A stretch of DNA of 64,000 nt. Origin: an uncultured Rivularia sp. (GTDB lineage: Bacteria > Cyanobacteriota > Cyanobacteriia > Cyanobacteriales > Nostocaceae). Location: positions 4,672,001 to 4,736,000 of the forward strand of contig OY762007.1 in assembly GCA_963665115.1 (NCBI GenBank), given 5' to 3'. Below, piece after piece: positions 62,266-64,000 of this stretch. The position numbers were made by a program, and so were the translations under genes. Position 1 is the first letter of the stretch. Each line of letters starts with the position of its first letter. The notes under the pieces were generated by a model, which was given only the letters and a program-made list of their open reading frames with translations, did no database searches and was not told the origin of the DNA.

Positions 62266-64000
62266 ATGTCAAATCGAATCGTAATGAATTACCAAGATTT
62301 TCAAATACTAGTCGATAATAATAACAACATTCGCGCTTCTTCAGAACAAGGTGAGGTTTCGGGTGAATTGCGTTGGGAAAGGAACCAAATTAAACTGAGT
62401 TTACAATTAATCGACTCGGCACAAACAAATAGCGAATTATTCAAAGCTTTAGGAAGTCAACTTTACCAAGCACTTTTTCCCGATAAAATTAATGCTCGAT
62501 TTCACGCTACAATAGCAGCCGCACAAGCGAATCAAGAAAGCATCCGCTTGCGTTTAATATTTGAATCTCCCGAATTAGCTTCCTTACCCTGGGAATTTCT
62601 CTACGATGAAGATACCAATACCTTTTTAGGAAACAACACCGAAACTGTTGTCTCTCGTTATATTGATGTTCCTTTACAAAAGCGGGATATTAAAGCAGCG
62701 AGTTTACCGCTCAAGGTATTGTTAGTTATTTCAACTCCGACTAACTTAGCTTCCTTAGACGCTGCTGGTGAAGAAAAACTGATTCGCTCCGCACTGGCAA
62801 AGCATATAGAAGCTGGAAATATTGAATTAGATGTATTGCAAGCAGCGACTATCAGCAATATTAATCAGAAGTTACGAGAAAAACCTTACAATGTTTTCCA
62901 CTTTACCGGACACGGTGTCTTTGATAATAATAAAGGCTCTATTGCTCTTGTGGATAGCAATAATAAATCCAAATTGTTGAATGATGAGAGTTTTGCTAAT
63001 TTTTTCTTAGGCGATCGCCATGTCGATTTAGTTATTTTAAATTCCTGTCAAGGTGCGACGGTATCTTCAAGTCAAGCTATGAGCGGCACAGCACCAAACT
63101 TAGTTCGTCGTGGAATTCCCGCAGTTGTAGCGATGCAATATACGATACTTGATTCTACTGCCAAACTTTTTACAGACGAATTTTACCGTACTCTAGCGCT
63201 AGGTTATCCGGTAGACGCAGCGATTCAATCAACCCGCAATGCGATTTCGATGGAAGTTGGATTAGATAAGCGGGATTTTGCTACACCAGTACTTTTTATG
63301 CGAGCAAAAGACGGAATTATTTTGGATGTTATCAACGAAAAATCTTTAGAATCACAATCGCAAAATCAAAAATCTATAATTAATAGTACTTTTATGGAGT
63401 CGTTGGAATATCCCGATGGTGCTGTACCGCTTGATTCTCCTTTTTATTTAGAAAGGGATGGGATTGAATCTCTTTGTTATCAAACTTTAGAAAAACCGGC
63501 TGCCTTAATTCGGATTAAAGCACCAAAGTTAATGGGTAAAACAACTCTTGCGAGACGGATTATTGCCCAAGGAGAAAAGCTGAATTATCAAGCAGTGTAT
63601 TTGGATTTGGGTGGTGTGAATAAGGAATTCATTACCAATTTGGATAAATTTCTCCGCTGGTTGTGTAGTAAAGTTTCTTTGGATCTTGAACTTGAAAATC
63701 AAGTCGATAGTGCTTGGAATACTTCATTTTTAGGTAGTAACGACAACTGTACGGCTTATTTTAAAAAGCACGTATTAAAACAAATCAATTCTCCTTTAGT
63801 ACTCGTGTTAGATGAAGTAGATCGATTATTTCCCTATGGCGAAGTAGTAGAAGATTTCTTGGGGATGTTGCGCTCCTGGCATGAAAAAGGAAAGATTTCT
63901 GAAGTTTGGAAACGACTGCGGTTGGTGTTAGCTCATTCTACCGAAGTTTATATTCGCTTGGATTACCATCAATCACCTTTTAATGCTGGTGTTCCCATAG
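62266..64000 (+). CDS. CHAT (caspase-like) protease fused to an AAA_35-type STAND ATPase (runs off window; not in ORF track)
   Basis: Manual translation: LASLPWEFLYD, FHFTGHG, VILNSC, VVAMQY, then YPDGAVPLDSPFYLER, APKLMGKTT, LVLDEVD, SPFNAG. Confidence 0.88.
   Translation, partial: MSNRIVMNYQDFQILVDNNNNIRASSEQGEVSGELRWERNQIKLSLQLIDSAQTNSELFKALGSQLYQALFPDKINARFHATIAAAQANQESIRLRLIFESPELASLPWEFLYDEDTNTFLGNNTETVVSRYIDVPLQKRDIKAASLPLKVLLVISTPTNLASLDAAGEEKLIRSALAKHIEAGNIELDVLQAATISNINQKLREKPYNVFHFTGHGVFDNNKGSIALVDSNNKSKLLNDESFANFFLGDRHVDLVILNSCQGATVSSSQAMSGTAPNLVRRGIPAVVAMQYTILDSTAKLFTDEFYRTLALGYPVDAAIQSTRNAISMEVGLDKRDFATPVLFMRAKDGIILDVINEKSLESQSQNQKSIINSTFMESLEYPDGAVPLDSPFYLERDGIESLCYQTLEKPAALIRIKAPKLMGKTTLARRIIAQGEKLNYQAVYLDLGGVNKEFITNLDKFLRWLCSKVSLDLELENQVDSAWNTSFLGSNDNCTAYFKKHVLKQINSPLVLVLDEVDRLFPYGEVVEDFLGMLRSWHEKGKISEVWKRLRLVLAHSTEVYIRLDYHQSPFNAGVPI

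Overview
AT-rich chromosomal window from a cyanobacterium. Evidence: petN, cyanobacterial FtsH3, frequent HIP1 octamers GCGATCGC and 7-mer STRR tracts. A filamentous Nostocales-type host is an inference. Housekeeping genes are trhO, rsgA, acs, ftsH3, petN, pntA1-pntA2-pntB, rpmH-rnpA-PH-yidC-jag-yceD and mnmE. Accessory loci are a dynamin-like GTPase plus giant Hsp70/actin-fold ATPase pair (2.6-8.9 kb, the best candidate for an uncharacterised system), a coupled P-loop ATPase/TPR pair, a STAND-TPR protein, a CHAT protease-AAA fusion at the right edge, a cellulose synthase, two Uma2 nucleases and several deletion-scarred remnants. Intergenic DNA is dense with GTAG-type REP-like hairpins, 25-nt inserts nested inside them, and at least seven MITE-like elements, one inserted in frame inside a gene. 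rsgA is preceded by a small leader ORF overlapping a long nested stem-loop. Four genes carry a single extra base in a short homopolymer, which probably reflects sequencing error. No rRNA, tRNA, CRISPR array or transposase gene was seen. Family assignments come from motif recognition by eye, not database searches.
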